Of a stretch of 64,000 nucleotides of DNA, positions 63,641 to 64,000 are shown one piece after another. Numbering within the stretch: position 1 is the stretch's first letter; each line of letters starts with the position of its first letter. Below the pieces are notes generated by a model, which searched no databases, had not been told where the DNA came from, and saw only the letters and a program-made list of their open reading frames with translations. The DNA is from Malacoraja senta. Taxonomy: Eukaryota. The translations under genes were made by a program, and so were the position numbers. Location: positions 1,116,001-1,180,000 of the forward strand of contig CM075990.1 in assembly GCA_038087875.1 (NCBI GenBank), given 5' to 3'.

Positions 63641-64000
63641 GCGGTAATTGGGCAGTAATTATACACATTGGTGGTGGGTGTATTGAACGAGCTGCCAGAG
63701 GAAGTAGTTGAGGCAGGTACTATAACAACATGCAAAAGACACCTGGACAGGTACATGGATAGGACAGGTTTAGGGGGATATGGGCCAAACGTGGGCAGAT
63801 GGGACTAGTGTTGATGCGGCATCTTGGTCGGCATGGGCAAGTTGGGCTGAAGGGCCTGCTGTCATGCTGCATGACTATGAACTGCAATAACAAATGGAAA
63901 CCAAATACCCACCTCAATGAGTCCTCCCCTTTGTTCATCGCAAAGCTTTTCTTGTACACACACACGGAAAGAAGTGGCGACACAGGAGACTGCAGATGAT

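Overview
Repeat-dense vertebrate genomic DNA, most likely from a cartilaginous fish (skate/ray). This is inferred from the HE1/V-SINE-type SINEs and the CR1, Rex1/Babar and Penelope-like content. One 200-N assembly gap lies at 25148-25347. The clear host gene is the 3' end of a BMP1/tolloid-family metalloprotease on the + strand: four GT-AG exons at 3404-14276 encoding CUB4, CUB5 and the stop, with polyA signals near 15.6 kb. It looks unusually divergent from BMP1/TLL1/TLL2. Downstream there appears to be an unrecognised small spliced gene: a possible ATG-only exon (21625-21627), a 30-nt microexon (26264-26293) and a terminal exon (33461-33685). Spliced in phase 0 they give at least 85 aa with four Grb2-type YxN motifs. 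The rest is mostly transposable elements: Penelope-like terminal repeats carrying hammerhead-ribozyme motifs, Helitron-like units, a TIR element with a 7-bp TSD, a young L1, and a five-level nest centred on an internally deleted Gypsy LTR element that has captured an L1 fragment between ~290-bp direct duplications. All calls were made by eye with no database searches, and repeat boundaries are approximate unless TSDs or termini are quoted.
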